Source: Magnetospirillum sp. WYHS-4 (GTDB taxonomy: Bacteria > Pseudomonadota > Alphaproteobacteria > Rhodospirillales > GLO-3). Taken from it: a stretch of DNA of 64,000 bases. The stretch covers positions 129,712 through 193,711 of the forward strand of contig JAMOBD010000001.1 in the NCBI GenBank assembly GCA_039908345.1. The letters are read 5' to 3'. The notes under the pieces are model-generated. The model worked only from the letters and a program-made list of their open reading frames with translations. It was not told where the DNA came from and made no database searches. Positions 37,472-47,343 of the stretch are shown piece by piece (positions within the stretch are counted from its first letter, which is position 1; each line of letters opens with the position of its first letter). The translations under genes and the position numbers were made by a program.

Positions 37472-37502
37472 TTGACGGGCGTGGCGTCCGGGTATCTATA
37501 AT
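37472..37502 (+). promoter_or_regulatory. Sigma-70-like promoter for the DUF3576 lipoprotein gene
   Basis: TTGACG (37472-37477), then 19 nt, then TATAAT (37497-37502), about 30 nt upstream of the ATG at 37533. The spacer is long. Confidence 0.4.
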
Positions 37503-37532
37503 GCGCGGCATCGAACCTGGGCAGACGGAAGG

Positions 37533-38108
37533 ATGACGGTCGTGGCGGTGAAATTCGGGCTTCGGAGCTTGGGCGCGGCGTGTTTCGCGGCGCTGCTGGC
37601 CGGTGGCGTCCTCGGCGGGTGCGAAGAAGCCCGCTACCGCGAGATGGAAGACCCGGCCAAGGGCAAGCCGCAGACCGGGCCCGTGTTCAAGGACGAAGGC
37701 AAGGCCCAGGGCAGCATTCTGGGCGACGGCCTGATCTTCGGCGGCGAGAAGAAGCGCAAGGGCGAGGAAGGCGGCGAGGGCAGCGGGATCGGCGTCAACA
37801 GTTTCCTGTGGCGCGCCAGCCTGGACACCATCGCCTTCATGCCCGTGGCTTCCGCCGATCCCTTCGGCGGCGTCATCATCACCGACTGGCATACCCAGCC
37901 GGAATCGCCTTCCGAACGGTTCAAGCTGAACGTCTACATCATGGGACGCAGCCTGCGGGCCGACGGCGTCAGGGTCTCGGTATTTCGCCAAGTGGCGGCC
38001 GGGGGAAGCTGGGCCGACGCCCCGGTGCCCGGCGAGACCGCCACCCGGATCGAGGACGCCATCCTCACCCGCGCCCGGCAGATGCGCAACGAAACGCTCA
38101 ACAAGTAG
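37533..38108 (+). CDS. DUF3576-like lipoprotein
   Basis: Lipobox LGGC. The conserved core is GVNSFLWRASLDTIAFMPVASADPFGGVIITDW. Confidence 0.7.
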   Translation: MTVVAVKFGLRSLGAACFAALLAGGVLGGCEEARYREMEDPAKGKPQTGPVFKDEGKAQGSILGDGLIFGGEKKRKGEEGGEGSGIGVNSFLWRASLDTIAFMPVASADPFGGVIITDWHTQPESPSERFKLNVYIMGRSLRADGVRVSVFRQVAAGGSWADAPVPGETATRIEDAILTRARQMRNETLNK

Positions 38109-38186
38109 GATACCTTTCTATATAAGGGATCGTGGCGGCGGCTCCGGGCGGGGTCGTCGCGGCCGTGATTCCGGGCGGGGGACCCC

Positions 38187-40790
38187 ATGATCGTTGCGCG
38201 CTATAACGTCAAGGAAACCGAGGCCAAGTGGCAGGCCGTCTGGCGCGAGCGGGGCACGTTCCGCGTCGAAGTCGATCCGGCGCGGCCCAAGTACTACGTG
38301 CTGGAGATGTTTCCCTACCCGTCGGGCCGCATCCACATGGGCCATGTGCGCAACTACACCCTGGGCGACGTCGTGGCCCGGTTCAAACGGGCGCAGGGAT
38401 TCAACGTGCTGCATCCCATGGGGTGGGACGCCTTCGGCCTGCCGGCGGAAAACGCCGCCATCGAAAACGAGGTCCATCCGGCCAAATGGACCCGCGAGAA
38501 CATCGCCACCATGCGCGGGCAGTTGCAGTCGATGGGATTCTCCTACGACTGGGACCGGGAAGTCGCCACCTGCGAGCCCGAATACTATCGCCACGAACAG
38601 AAGATGTTCCTCGATTTCCTCAAGGCGGGCCTGGTCTATCGCAAGGAATCGTGGGTCAACTGGGACCCGGTGGAAAATACGGTTCTGGCCAACGAGCAGG
38701 TGGTGGACGGCCGGGGCTGGCGATCCGGCGCACCGGTGGAAAAGCGGCGCCTTTCCCAATGGTTCCTGAAGATCACCGCCTTCGCCGACGATCTGCTCGC
38801 GGAGCTGCAGGCCCTGGACCGGTGGCCCGAGCGGGTCCGCCTGATGCAGGAGAACTGGATCGGCCGGTCGGAAGGCGCACGCGTCTTCTTCGCGCTCAAG
38901 GGGCGGGCGGATCGGCTCGAGGTCTATACCACCCGTCCCGATACCCTGTTCGGGGCATCGTTCTGCGCCATCGCCGCCAACCATCCCTTGACGGAGGAGC
39001 TGGCGACCGACAACCCCACCCTGGCCGCCTTCGTCGGCGAGTGCAATCGCATCGGCACCAGCGAGGCGGCCATCGAAACCGCCGAGAAGATGGGCTTCGA
39101 TACGGGCCTCAGGGTTCTGCATCCTTTCGTCGAAGGGCTGGAAATCCCGGTCTACGTGGCCAACTTCGTGCTGATGGACTACGGGACCGGGGCCATCTTC
39201 GGCTGCCCGGCCCATGACCAGCGCGACATGGACTTCGCCCGCAAGTACGGCCTGCCGGTCCGGCCGGTCGTCCTGCCGGCCCGGCTGCAGGGCACCCCGG
39301 AGGCCGAGACCTTCCTGCGCGAGTTGACGGAAACCGCCGGCGAGGCCTATGACGGCGACGGAGTCGCGGTGAATTCGGGCTTCATGGACGGGATGGCGGT
39401 GGCGCAGGCCAAGCAAGCGGCCATCGCACGGCTGGGCGCGTTGGGGCAAGGCGAAGGCGCCGTCCAGTATCGCCTGCGCGATTGGGGCGTGTCCCGCCAA
39501 CGTTATTGGGGTTGTCCCATACCTGTCGTTCATTGCGAGACCTGTGGGATCGTACCGGTTCCCGAGAAGGACCTGCCGGTCCGGCTGCCCGAGGACGTGA
39601 CTTTCGACAAGGCCGGCAATCCGCTGGACCGCCATTCCTCCTGGAAGGACGTGTCCTGCCCGCGGTGCGGCGCGGCGGCACGGCGGGAAACCGATACCTT
39701 CGACACTTTTTTCGAGTCGTCCTGGTATTTCGCCCGGTTCTGCGATCCCAGGGACGGCGCCGAGGCCTTCGCGCGTCAAGCCGTCGATTATTGGCTTCCG
39801 GTCGACCAGTACATCGGTGGAATCGAGCATGCCGTCCTGCACCTGCTTTATTCGCGGTTCTTCACCCGGGCGCTCAGGGAATGCGGCTACCTGGGGATCA
39901 AGGAGCCCTTCGCCGGCCTGCTGACCCAGGGCATGATCTGCCACGAGACCTACAAGGACCAAGGAGGTGCGTGGCTCTACCCCACCGACGTGGTCAAGGG
40001 CGACGGCGGGACGGCGATCCATGCGAAGGCCGGGACGGCCGTCGTGGTCGGACGCTCCGAGAAGATGAGCAAGTCCAAGAAGAATGTGGTCGATCCGGTC
40101 CATATCATCGACACCTACGGCGCCGACACGGCCCGCCTGTTCATGCTGTCCGACAGTCCGCCGGACCGCGATCTCGATTGGACGGAAGCGGGCATCGACG
40201 GCGCCTGGCGCTACGTCAACCGTCTGTGGCGCATGGTCGCCGAAAATGCGATTCTCGAAGGGGCGGCCGGGGAAGTCGCTACCGGGTGTCCGTCCGCGGC
40301 GGTGGAGAAATGTCGGCGCCAAGTCCACAAGACCATCGCCTTGGTGACCGACGATTTGAGCCGGTTCCATTTCAACAAGGCCGTGGCCCGCATCCGCGAG
40401 TTGACCAACGCCCTCGAGGAAATCAAGCCGGGGGAGGCCGGAGGGCCCACCGTGATGCGGGAGGGCCTGGAGGTGGCGGTTCGTCTGATCGGCCCCATGA
40501 TGCCCCACTTGGCCGAAGAGATGTGGCAGGCCCTGGGGCACCGGGAACTTCTTCTCGCCGACGCATCCTGGCCGGTGGCCGATCCGGCGTTGCTCGCCGA
40601 CGAGACCGTCACCGTCGCCGTCCAGGTCAACGGCAAGACCCGAGGCACCATCGAGGTGCCCAGGGATGCCGACCGTACCGTCGTCGAGGCGGCGGCCTTG
40701 GCCCTCCATACCGTGGAAAAGGCGATGGAGGGCAAGTCGGTCCGCAAGGTCATCCTGGTTCCGAACAGGATCGTCAATGTGGTGGTCTGA
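38187..40790 (+). CDS. leuS: Leucine--tRNA ligase
   Basis: 867 aa. [15 protein letters not shown] (HIGH) and KMSKSKKN (KMSKS). Confidence 0.97.
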   Translation: MIVARYNVKETEAKWQAVWRERGTFRVEVDPARPKYYVLEMFPYPSGRIHMGHVRNYTLGDVVARFKRAQGFNVLHPMGWDAFGLPAENAAIENEVHPAKWTRENIATMRGQLQSMGFSYDWDREVATCEPEYYRHEQKMFLDFLKAGLVYRKESWVNWDPVENTVLANEQVVDGRGWRSGAPVEKRRLSQWFLKITAFADDLLAELQALDRWPERVRLMQENWIGRSEGARVFFALKGRADRLEVYTTRPDTLFGASFCAIAANHPLTEELATDNPTLAAFVGECNRIGTSEAAIETAEKMGFDTGLRVLHPFVEGLEIPVYVANFVLMDYGTGAIFGCPAHDQRDMDFARKYGLPVRPVVLPARLQGTPEAETFLRELTETAGEAYDGDGVAVNSGFMDGMAVAQAKQAAIARLGALGQGEGAVQYRLRDWGVSRQRYWGCPIPVVHCETCGIVPVPEKDLPVRLPEDVTFDKAGNPLDRHSSWKDVSCPRCGAAARRETDTFDTFFESSWYFARFCDPRDGAEAFARQAVDYWLPVDQYIGGIEHAVLHLLYSRFFTRALRECGYLGIKEPFAGLLTQGMICHETYKDQGGAWLYPTDVVKGDGGTAIHAKAGTAVVVGRSEKMSKSKKNVVDPVHIIDTYGADTARLFMLSDSPPDRDLDWTEAGIDGAWRYVNRLWRMVAENAILEGAAGEVATGCPSAAVEKCRRQVHKTIALVTDDLSRFHFNKAVARIRELTNALEEIKPGEAGGPTVMREGLEVAVRLIGPMMPHLAEEMWQALGHRELLLADASWPVADPALLADETVTVAVQVNGKTRGTIEVPRDADRTVVEAAALALHTVEKAMEGKSVRKVILVPNRIVNVVV

Positions 40791-41388
40791 ACGCTTGCGC
40801 AGCGGGGTCCTTCTGGCGGTGGCGATAGGCCTGTCGGGATGCGGATTCGAGTCCGTATACGGGACCAAGGGCGGGTCCGGCGATCCGACGGTCGAGACGG
40901 AACTGGCGCGGATCGATGTCGCCGCCATCAAGGATCGTGAAGGCCAGATCCTTCGCAATCATCTGTTCGATCTCCTGACTCCGAAGGGGCGGCCGGCGAA
41001 GCCCGCCTACAAGCTCGTGGTCAGGCTACGGATATCCGAGCAGAGATTGGGCGTAACGGCATCGGCGACGGCGACGCGCGCCAATCTCTGGATCGACAGC
41101 AGCTTTTCGCTGAAGGACCCAGCCGCCGGAAAGGGATCCCCAATTCCCGAGGACGAGGGGCGCGCGCGAGAAGACGCCGAGGATATCGTTTCACCCGGAA
41201 CCCTGGTCCAGGGTAGTCGGCATGTCGTCGCAAGCTACAACATCCTCGCCAACGATTTTTCGACGGTGAGGGCCCGGCAGGACGCGCTGGAGCGGGGGCT
41301 CCTCGAAGCCGCTCGCGATATCCACTCCCAAATTTCCGTCCATTTCGCCCAGAGGGCGAAGATGTCCCACAAGGGTCCGAGCCGGTGA
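40777..41388 (+). CDS. lptE: LPS-assembly lipoprotein LptE-like
   Basis: Lipobox LSGCGF. It sits in the conserved leuS-lptE-holA position. Confidence 0.7.
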   Translation: MWWSERLRSGVLLAVAIGLSGCGFESVYGTKGGSGDPTVETELARIDVAAIKDREGQILRNHLFDLLTPKGRPAKPAYKLVVRLRISEQRLGVTASATATRANLWIDSSFSLKDPAAGKGSPIPEDEGRAREDAEDIVSPGTLVQGSRHVVASYNILANDFSTVRARQDALERGLLEAARDIHSQISVHFAQRAKMSHKGPSR

Positions 41389-42422
41389 AGATCCAGGGGG
41401 GCGACGTCGAGTCCTTCCTCCGCCAGCCCCCGGTGAACTTGGCCGCCATTCTCGTCTATGGGCCCGACTCGGGGCTGGTCAAGGAGCGTCTCGACGCCTT
41501 GGCGCGAAGCGTCGTCGGCAATCTGCAGGACCCCTTTCGCCTGGTTGAACTGGATGCCGCAGGCCTGAAGAGAGATCCGGCGCGACTGTCCGACGAAGCC
41601 CGGGCCCTGTCCTTCGGCGGCGGCAAGCGGGTCGTGCGAATTCGGCAGGCCGGTGATGCGGCCGGCCCCATTCTGGAGGAGTTTCTCGCCAGCGCTCCGG
41701 GCGGCGCGGCGATGGTCTTGGTGGAAGGCGGCGATCTGGCAAGCCGATCACCCCTCCGCAAGGTGTTCGAGCAGGCCAAGAACGGTGCCGCCGTCGCCTG
41801 TTATGCCGACGATGCCCGGTCTCTACCCGGCGTCATACGCGAAACCCTCCAGGCCCGTGGCCTGACCCTGGCGCCCGACGCCCTCGCTTTCCTGGCCGAG
41901 AATCTCGGGTCCGACCGGCTCGTCACCCGCCAGGAATTGGAAAAGCTCGCGCTCTATTGCGGCAAGGGGATGGTCACGCTGGAGGATGCGCGGGCCTGCG
42001 TCGGCGACAGCGCGGCCAGTTCCCTCGATGCCCTGGTCGGTGCCGCCGCCGGGGGAAAGCCGGACGAACTCGACTTGGCCCTGCAGCGGGCGCTAGCGGA
42101 GGGGGTGGCCGCGGTCGGAATTCTGCGCGCCGCCGGCCGCCATTTTCATCGTCTCCATCTCGTAAGGGGCTTGGTGGATCGGGGCATGGCACCCGATGCC
42201 GCTGTGCAAAAATTGCGTCCGCCTCTGTTCTTCAAGACTGCCGACGCGTTTCGGGCGCAGTTGAGGCTCTGGACCGGCATCGGGCTGGCCCGCGCCCTTG
42301 AGATCCTGACCGAGGCGGAAATCGACTGCAAGACAACCGGCATGCCCGACGACGCCGTCTGCGCCCGCGCGCTCATGCGGCTCGCCCAGGCCGCGGGCGC
42401 CGGAGAGCGACGCCGGGCCTGA
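41385..42422 (+). CDS. holA: DNA polymerase III delta subunit
   Basis: ILVYGPDSGLVKERLDAL..., about 345 aa, in the conserved position after lptE. GTG start overlaps the lptE stop. Confidence 0.8.
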   Translation: MKIQGGDVESFLRQPPVNLAAILVYGPDSGLVKERLDALARSVVGNLQDPFRLVELDAAGLKRDPARLSDEARALSFGGGKRVVRIRQAGDAAGPILEEFLASAPGGAAMVLVEGGDLASRSPLRKVFEQAKNGAAVACYADDARSLPGVIRETLQARGLTLAPDALAFLAENLGSDRLVTRQELEKLALYCGKGMVTLEDARACVGDSAASSLDALVGAAAGGKPDELDLALQRALAEGVAAVGILRAAGRHFHRLHLVRGLVDRGMAPDAAVQKLRPPLFFKTADAFRAQLRLWTGIGLARALEILTEAEIDCKTTGMPDDAVCARALMRLAQAAGAGERRRA

Positions 42423-42433
42423 ACGAGGAAAAG

Positions 42434-42453
42434 CCGGGGATCGCTCCCCGGCC
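42434..42453 (-). terminator. Rho-independent terminator of the parAB operon
   Basis: GCCGGGGA-tcgc-TCCCCGGC. On the minus strand the stem is followed by TTTTCC. Confidence 0.65.
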
Positions 42454-42484
42454 CATCCCGTCAGTCGCCGCCGGCCAGGGGCCG

Positions 42485-43669
42485 TCAGTCGTCCTTGGAA
42501 AAATCGATCTCGCCCTTGACCGCCTCGCTGACCCAGTCGCCGGCCGCGGGCGTCGGCGACCCGCCGCCGGCCGCCCGGAGTTTCGGTGCCGGCTTCGGCT
42601 TGCCGGCCGGATCGGCCAGGCCGGGCGTGGGGAAGGCGCCGTCATCCGCCACGGCCTCGTTCTTCCGCGCGGGCGGTCTCGGGGTGGGAACGTCGTCAAG
42701 AACCAGATTCGCGTCCGGATCGTTGCCGCCGTCGCCCGCCGGTAGAATCGGGTCGAGCACGGTCCGATCCGGGCCGCTTCCCCCACCGCCATGGGTCAGG
42801 CGATGGAGGAGATCGTCGAGCTGCTCCAGGGTCGAGTAGTGCAGCACCAGGCTCCCCGCACCACCGTTGACCCGGATTTCCACCTTCAAACCCAGAACGT
42901 TGGCCAAGTCCCGCTCCAGGGCCAAGGTATCGGCGTCCTTCTCGACCGCGGCGGCGATGCGGGCCATGGCGTGGCCGGTATCTTTCTTCTTCGCCAGCTT
43001 CTCGGTCTGGCGGACATTCAAGCCTTTCTTGACGACGTGCTGGGCCAACTCGATGACGTTGCCGGGCGCCCCGAGCAAGGCACGGGCGTGGCCCGCCGTC
43101 AGTTGGCCGTCGTCAAGCAACGACTTCACTTCGCCGGGAAGAGCGAGGAGCCGCAGCATGTTGGCCACATGGCTACGGCTCTTCCCGACCGCCTGGGCCA
43201 GTTGTTCCTGGGTATGGCTGAACTCGTCCATCAGGCGCTGGTAGCCCTCCGCTTCTTCCAGGGCCGAAAGGTCCTGGCGCTGAAGGTTTTCCACCAGGGC
43301 AATTTCCATTGCATCCTGATCTGATAGCTCCTTGACCACGACCGGAACTTCGTGCAGCCCAACGAGCTGCGCCGCCCGCCACCGTCTCTCTCCCGCAATA
43401 ATTTCGAATGCGTTAGGTTCATTTGGGTGACGCCGGACTAGGATCGGCTGGAGGATGCCCTTCGTCCGGATCGATTCCGCTAGATCTTTTATTTGATCGG
43501 GATCGATGCGATGACGTGGCTGATACCGACCGGGATGCAGGAACTCCACCGGAACGGTCTTAGACGCCCGAAGCTTATCAAGTTGAGCATAATCTGTCTC
43601 GTCCTCCCCGAGCAGGGCGGAGAGACCGCGGCCTAGATTTTTCCGCTTGGCGACTTCAGCATTCATCAC
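42485..43669 (-). CDS. parB: Chromosome partitioning protein ParB with an unusual low-complexity C-terminal tail of about 100 aa
   Basis: GRGLSALLG, ILQPILVRR, IIAGERRWRAA and the HTH SHTQEQLAQAVGKSRSHVANMLRLL. 394 aa versus about 290-300 aa typical for ParB. Confidence 0.95.
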   Translation of the reverse strand: MMNAEVAKRKNLGRGLSALLGEDETDYAQLDKLRASKTVPVEFLHPGRYQPRHRIDPDQIKDLAESIRTKGILQPILVRRHPNEPNAFEIIAGERRWRAAQLVGLHEVPVVVKELSDQDAMEIALVENLQRQDLSALEEAEGYQRLMDEFSHTQEQLAQAVGKSRSHVANMLRLLALPGEVKSLLDDGQLTAGHARALLGAPGNVIELAQHVVKKGLNVRQTEKLAKKKDTGHAMARIAAAVEKDADTLALERDLANVLGLKVEIRVNGGAGSLVLHYSTLEQLDDLLHRLTHGGGGSGPDRTVLDPILPAGDGGNDPDANLVLDDVPTPRPPARKNEAVADDGAFPTPGLADPAGKPKPAPKLRAAGGGSPTPAAGDWVSEAVKGEIDFSKDD

Positions 43670-44481
43670 GCGGCCACCTGACGTTCACGGCGCAGCACTT
43701 CGCTGGCCAAGCTGAGATAGGCCTTGGAGCCGGCGCACTGCATATCGTAAATGAGAACCGGACGGCCGTGAGACGGGGCCTCGGAGACCCGGACGTTGCG
43801 GGGGATGATCGTATTGTACACTTTGTCCCCAAAGAAACCCCGTACATCCGAGGCAACGGCATCCGACAGGTTATTGCGCTTGTCGAACATGGTCAGAACC
43901 ACACCCTGGATTTCCAAGGCCGGATTGAGCGCCTTCTTGACCCGTTCGATGGTCTTAACCAGGTGGCTGACACCTTCCAAGGCGAAGAACTCGCACTGGA
44001 GGGGAACCAATACCGCCTGCGAGGCGACGAGAGCATTGACGGTCAAGAGACCGAGAGCGGGCGGGCAGTCGATCAAGACGTAGTCATAGTCCCCGGCCTC
44101 GATTTCCAGCGCCGTCTTGAGACGGTACTCCCGCCGGCCGACATCCACCAACTCGATCTCGGCGCCCGAGAGGTCGACTCCCGAGGGAACGATATGCAGA
44201 TTGGGGATCGAAGTTTCCATGATGGCCTGAGTCACCGCGGCCTCGCCCATCAGCACATGATAGGAGTTCAAGCCGCGGTCCTTGCGCTGGACTCCAAGGC
44301 CCGTACTCGCGTTGCCTTGAGGGTCCAGGTCGATGACCAGGACCTTCTTTTTGACCGCGGCCAGGGCGGTGCCCAGGTTGATGGCCGTGGTAGTCTTGCC
44401 GACGCCACCTTTTTGGTTGACGATGGCCAAGATGCGGGACCTGCCGCGCAGGGTCAGGCCTTCAGCAATCTGCGATACCAT
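43666..44481 (-). CDS. parA: Chromosome partitioning ATPase ParA
   Basis: ILAIVNQKGGVGKTTTAINL deviant Walker A. ATGA overlap with parB. Confidence 0.95.
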   Translation of the reverse strand: MVSQIAEGLTLRGRSRILAIVNQKGGVGKTTTAINLGTALAAVKKKVLVIDLDPQGNASTGLGVQRKDRGLNSYHVLMGEAAVTQAIMETSIPNLHIVPSGVDLSGAEIELVDVGRREYRLKTALEIEAGDYDYVLIDCPPALGLLTVNALVASQAVLVPLQCEFFALEGVSHLVKTIERVKKALNPALEIQGVVLTMFDKRNNLSDAVASDVRGFFGDKVYNTIIPRNVRVSEAPSHGRPVLIYDMQCAGSKAYLSLASEVLRRERQVAA

Positions 44482-45109
44482 GATGACGCGAAATCCTCTC
44501 CAAACTCAGGATGACCCCCGAAGCGTCCGTGAGGCTCGGGTACTGGTTCGCCGTCATATTCCATGTTTTTCGCGATTCCGTCAATTCATCTTGTACAGAA
44601 CGCCCCTTCAGGAACAGGCAAATCGTCGTCGGCCGCAGGAATGGCTGACCGTATTGAAGCAGAATCGATAGGGGGGCGAGGGCCCGGGCGGTCACGACAT
44701 CAATGGGGCCCGGCAGACCGAGGGTCTCGATTCGCCCGTGGTGAACCGTGGCTTTAGCCCCGGTAAGACGAATGGCCTCGCGCAAGAAGGCGCACTTTCG
44801 TGTATCCGAGTCCACCAAGTGAACCATGGCCGGGCCCAGAATTGCCAGAACGAGCCCCGGAAAGCCTGCTCCGCTCCCGATATCGAGGATGGCTTGGGTC
44901 GTTGGCGGCAAATAGCTCAGAAGCTGCGCCGAATCCAACATATGCCGCCGCCAGAGATCGTCCAGGGTCGACGCACCGACGAGGTTGATCCGCTTCTGCC
45001 ATTTGACCAGCAAATCGGCATAGGTCCGCAAGCGATTAAGATTGGGGCCCGCATCGGGGATCGTCCGTAGGAATTCCTCAGGTGACATGGGTCGCGGGAT
45101 CTTCGACAT
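44462..45109 (-). CDS. rsmG: 16S rRNA (guanine527-N7)-methyltransferase
   Basis: LLVKWQKRINLV, ILDIGSGAGFPGLVLAI, VVTARA. The start is set at MSKIPRP (45109). Confidence 0.9.
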   Translation of the reverse strand: MSKIPRPMSPEEFLRTIPDAGPNLNRLRTYADLLVKWQKRINLVGASTLDDLWRRHMLDSAQLLSYLPPTTQAILDIGSGAGFPGLVLAILGPAMVHLVDSDTRKCAFLREAIRLTGAKATVHHGRIETLGLPGPIDVVTARALAPLSILLQYGQPFLRPTTICLFLKGRSVQDELTESRKTWNMTANQYPSLTDASGVILSLERISRHHGIADC

Positions 45110-45131
45110 ATCATAACCTCGCGGAAATCCT

Positions 45132-45147
45132 TGTTTCACGTGAAACG
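45132..45147. other. parS centromere-like site (15/16 match to the palindrome)
   Basis: TGTTTCACGTGAAACG in the mnmG-rsmG intergenic gap, against the widely conserved parS TGTTNCACGTGAAACA. Confidence 0.85.
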
Positions 45148-45170
45148 TTGGGGACCCGATTCGACCAACT

Positions 45171-47036
45171 TCAAGCGAAGGCACCCCGCGTTCGCTTCCT
45201 GACATGAGCTAATAGCGCCACCAGGGCTGCCGGGGTCACCCCAGGAATGCGCGACGCCGCCCCCAAGGTGGCCGGGCGGGCCCGTTCCAACTTCTGGCGG
45301 ACCTCGGCGGAAAGGCCCCCGATGGCCAGAAGGTCCAGATCGGGGGGAAGTTCGAGGGCCTCGTCCCGGCGATAGGCCGCGATGTCGGCATTTTGCCGGT
45401 CCAGATAGCCGGCGTAAAGCGCGTCAATTTCCAACTGGCGGGCAATCGCCGCTGGAATTGCGCCGAGCGTCGGCCATAGCCCGACAAGGCGTTGCAGGGA
45501 CATCCCCGAATGGGCCAACAACTGCCAAGCGGACCGACGAACTCCGTCTTGGTTCACGGCAATCCCCCGGCCCACTAACTCGTTCGGCGTGGCGCTCACA
45601 CCTTCCAATAAGGCCTTGGCGCTGGACAGCGCCTCGACTTTCGCCGAATAGACCGACCATCGTGAAGTCGCCACGCAACCAATGGACCGCCCCTTTGCGG
45701 TCAAGCGCCGATCCGCATTGTCGGCGCGCAAGAGAAGACGATATTCAGCCCGCGAGGTAAACATCCTGTAGGGCTCTTCGGTCCCCAGGGTAACCAGGTC
45801 ATCGACCATCACGCCGAGATAGCCCTCGGCCCGGTCGATGGTAAAGGCTCCGCCGCCGCCGGCATGGAGCGCGGCATTGACTCCGGCGATTAGCCCCTGG
45901 GCCGCGGCTTCTTCGTAGCCGGTCGTTCCGTTGATCTGTCCCGCCAGATAGAGCCCTGGCACCCGGCGCGTTCCCAGGGTCGGATCGAGTTCCCGCGGAT
46001 CGATGAAGTCGTATTCAATCGCGTAGCCTGGCCGAATCATCCGCGCCTGCTCCAGGCCCGGAATGCACCGGATCAGTTCCCGCTGAACATCCTTCGGCAG
46101 CGAAGTCGAGATTCCGTTCGGATAAACCGTGGCATCGTCCAGGCCCTCGGGTTCCAGAAAGATCTGATGACGCGCCTTGTCGGCGAAGCGAACCACCTTG
46201 TCCTCGATCGACGGGCAGTAACGGGGACCGACACTGCCGATCTGGCCGGAATACATGGGAGCCCGGTGCAAGTTCTTCCGGATCAGATCGTGGCACTCCG
46301 GCGTCGTCGCCGTGACATGGCATGGCACCTGGGGCAAGGTCACATGATCGTTCAAGTAGGAAAACGGTTCGGGCGGGTCATCGCCATTCTGGGGTTCCAG
46401 GTCCTCCCAACGAATGGTACGGCCATCCAGCCGCGGTGGCGTCCCCGTCTTCAATCGCCCCATTCGGAAGCCCAGGCGCCGGAGCGTGTACGCCAAGCCA
46501 ACCGCCGGCCGATCCCCGTACCGGCCGGCGGGATAACGGATTTCACCCACATGGATCAGGCCCCGCAGGAATGTGCCCGTGGTTATCACCACGGCACCGC
46601 AGGGCAGAGTTCGACCATCGGCCAGCCGGACCCCGGCCACCGCGCCTCGGGGGTCAATGACAAGGTCCTCGGCCGTCCCCTCCATCAAGGTCAGACCGTC
46701 AACCTCAGACAAGGCATTTTGCATCGCCGCGCGATAGCGGCTACGGTCCGCCTGGGCACGAGGGCCCCAGACTGCCGGGCCCTTGCTTCGGTTCAGAACC
46801 CGGAATTGAATGCCGCCCGCATCGGCTATCCGGCCCATCAGTCCGTCCAGGGCGTCGATCTCACGCACCAATTGCCCCTTTGCCAATCCCCCGATGGCCG
46901 GGTTGCAAGACATCTCGCCGATGGTCGCCAGCCGTTGCGTTAGCAAGACCGTACGCGCTCCCAGGCGCGCCGAAGCCGCCGCGGCCTCCGCCCCCGCGTG
47001 TCCCCCTCCGATGACGATGACTTCCGAAGTACTCAT
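45171..47036 (-). CDS. mnmG: tRNA uridine-5-carboxymethylaminomethyl modification enzyme MnmG (GidA)
   Basis: [14 protein letters not shown]..., 621 aa, canonical GidA sequence throughout. Confidence 0.97.
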   Translation of the reverse strand: MSTSEVIVIGGGHAGAEAAAASARLGARTVLLTQRLATIGEMSCNPAIGGLAKGQLVREIDALDGLMGRIADAGGIQFRVLNRSKGPAVWGPRAQADRSRYRAAMQNALSEVDGLTLMEGTAEDLVIDPRGAVAGVRLADGRTLPCGAVVITTGTFLRGLIHVGEIRYPAGRYGDRPAVGLAYTLRRLGFRMGRLKTGTPPRLDGRTIRWEDLEPQNGDDPPEPFSYLNDHVTLPQVPCHVTATTPECHDLIRKNLHRAPMYSGQIGSVGPRYCPSIEDKVVRFADKARHQIFLEPEGLDDATVYPNGISTSLPKDVQRELIRCIPGLEQARMIRPGYAIEYDFIDPRELDPTLGTRRVPGLYLAGQINGTTGYEEAAAQGLIAGVNAALHAGGGGAFTIDRAEGYLGVMVDDLVTLGTEEPYRMFTSRAEYRLLLRADNADRRLTAKGRSIGCVATSRWSVYSAKVEALSSAKALLEGVSATPNELVGRGIAVNQDGVRRSAWQLLAHSGMSLQRLVGLWPTLGAIPAAIARQLEIDALYAGYLDRQNADIAAYRRDEALELPPDLDLLAIGGLSAEVRQKLERARPATLGAASRIPGVTPAALVALLAHVRKRTRGAFA

Positions 47037-47172
47037 GCCGTCCTTGTATTCCCAGGTCTTCCGAGAGTCAAACTATGCCTTCATTTGGCTATGGGCTAGT
47101 AACGGTGAATCATCGGTGAATTCCCGGTTTCTTTGTCGTCCCTCGTACCGGTTTGCCACTCTCCCAGCCCCG

Positions 47173-47188
47173 TGTTTCACGTGAAACA
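47173..47188. other. parS site (perfect 16-bp palindrome)
   Basis: TGTTTCACGTGAAACA in the mnmE-mnmG intergenic region. Confidence 0.9.
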
Positions 47189-47231
47189 TTGCCAAGCCGA
47201 ATCCGCTTAGCGCTCGCCCCGGCCCGCTCGT

Positions 47232-47247
47232 TGTTTCACGTGAAACA
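47232..47247. other. parS site (perfect 16-bp palindrome)
   Basis: TGTTTCACGTGAAACA, 59 bp (start to start) from the previous copy. Confidence 0.9.
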
Positions 47248-47343
47248 TAATGGGGATTCCGTTTTGTTCACATCACCGGAGTCACTCGTCCTGAGCCCCA
47301 GATGTAGTGGGCCACACGGGCTCCCTTCACAACATCCCGTGGT

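Noticed and set aside
38118-40958. 946-aa ORF antisense to leuS
   Set aside because: leuS on the plus strand has canonical HIGH and KMSKS motifs along its whole length. The antisense translation is low-complexity and has no motifs.
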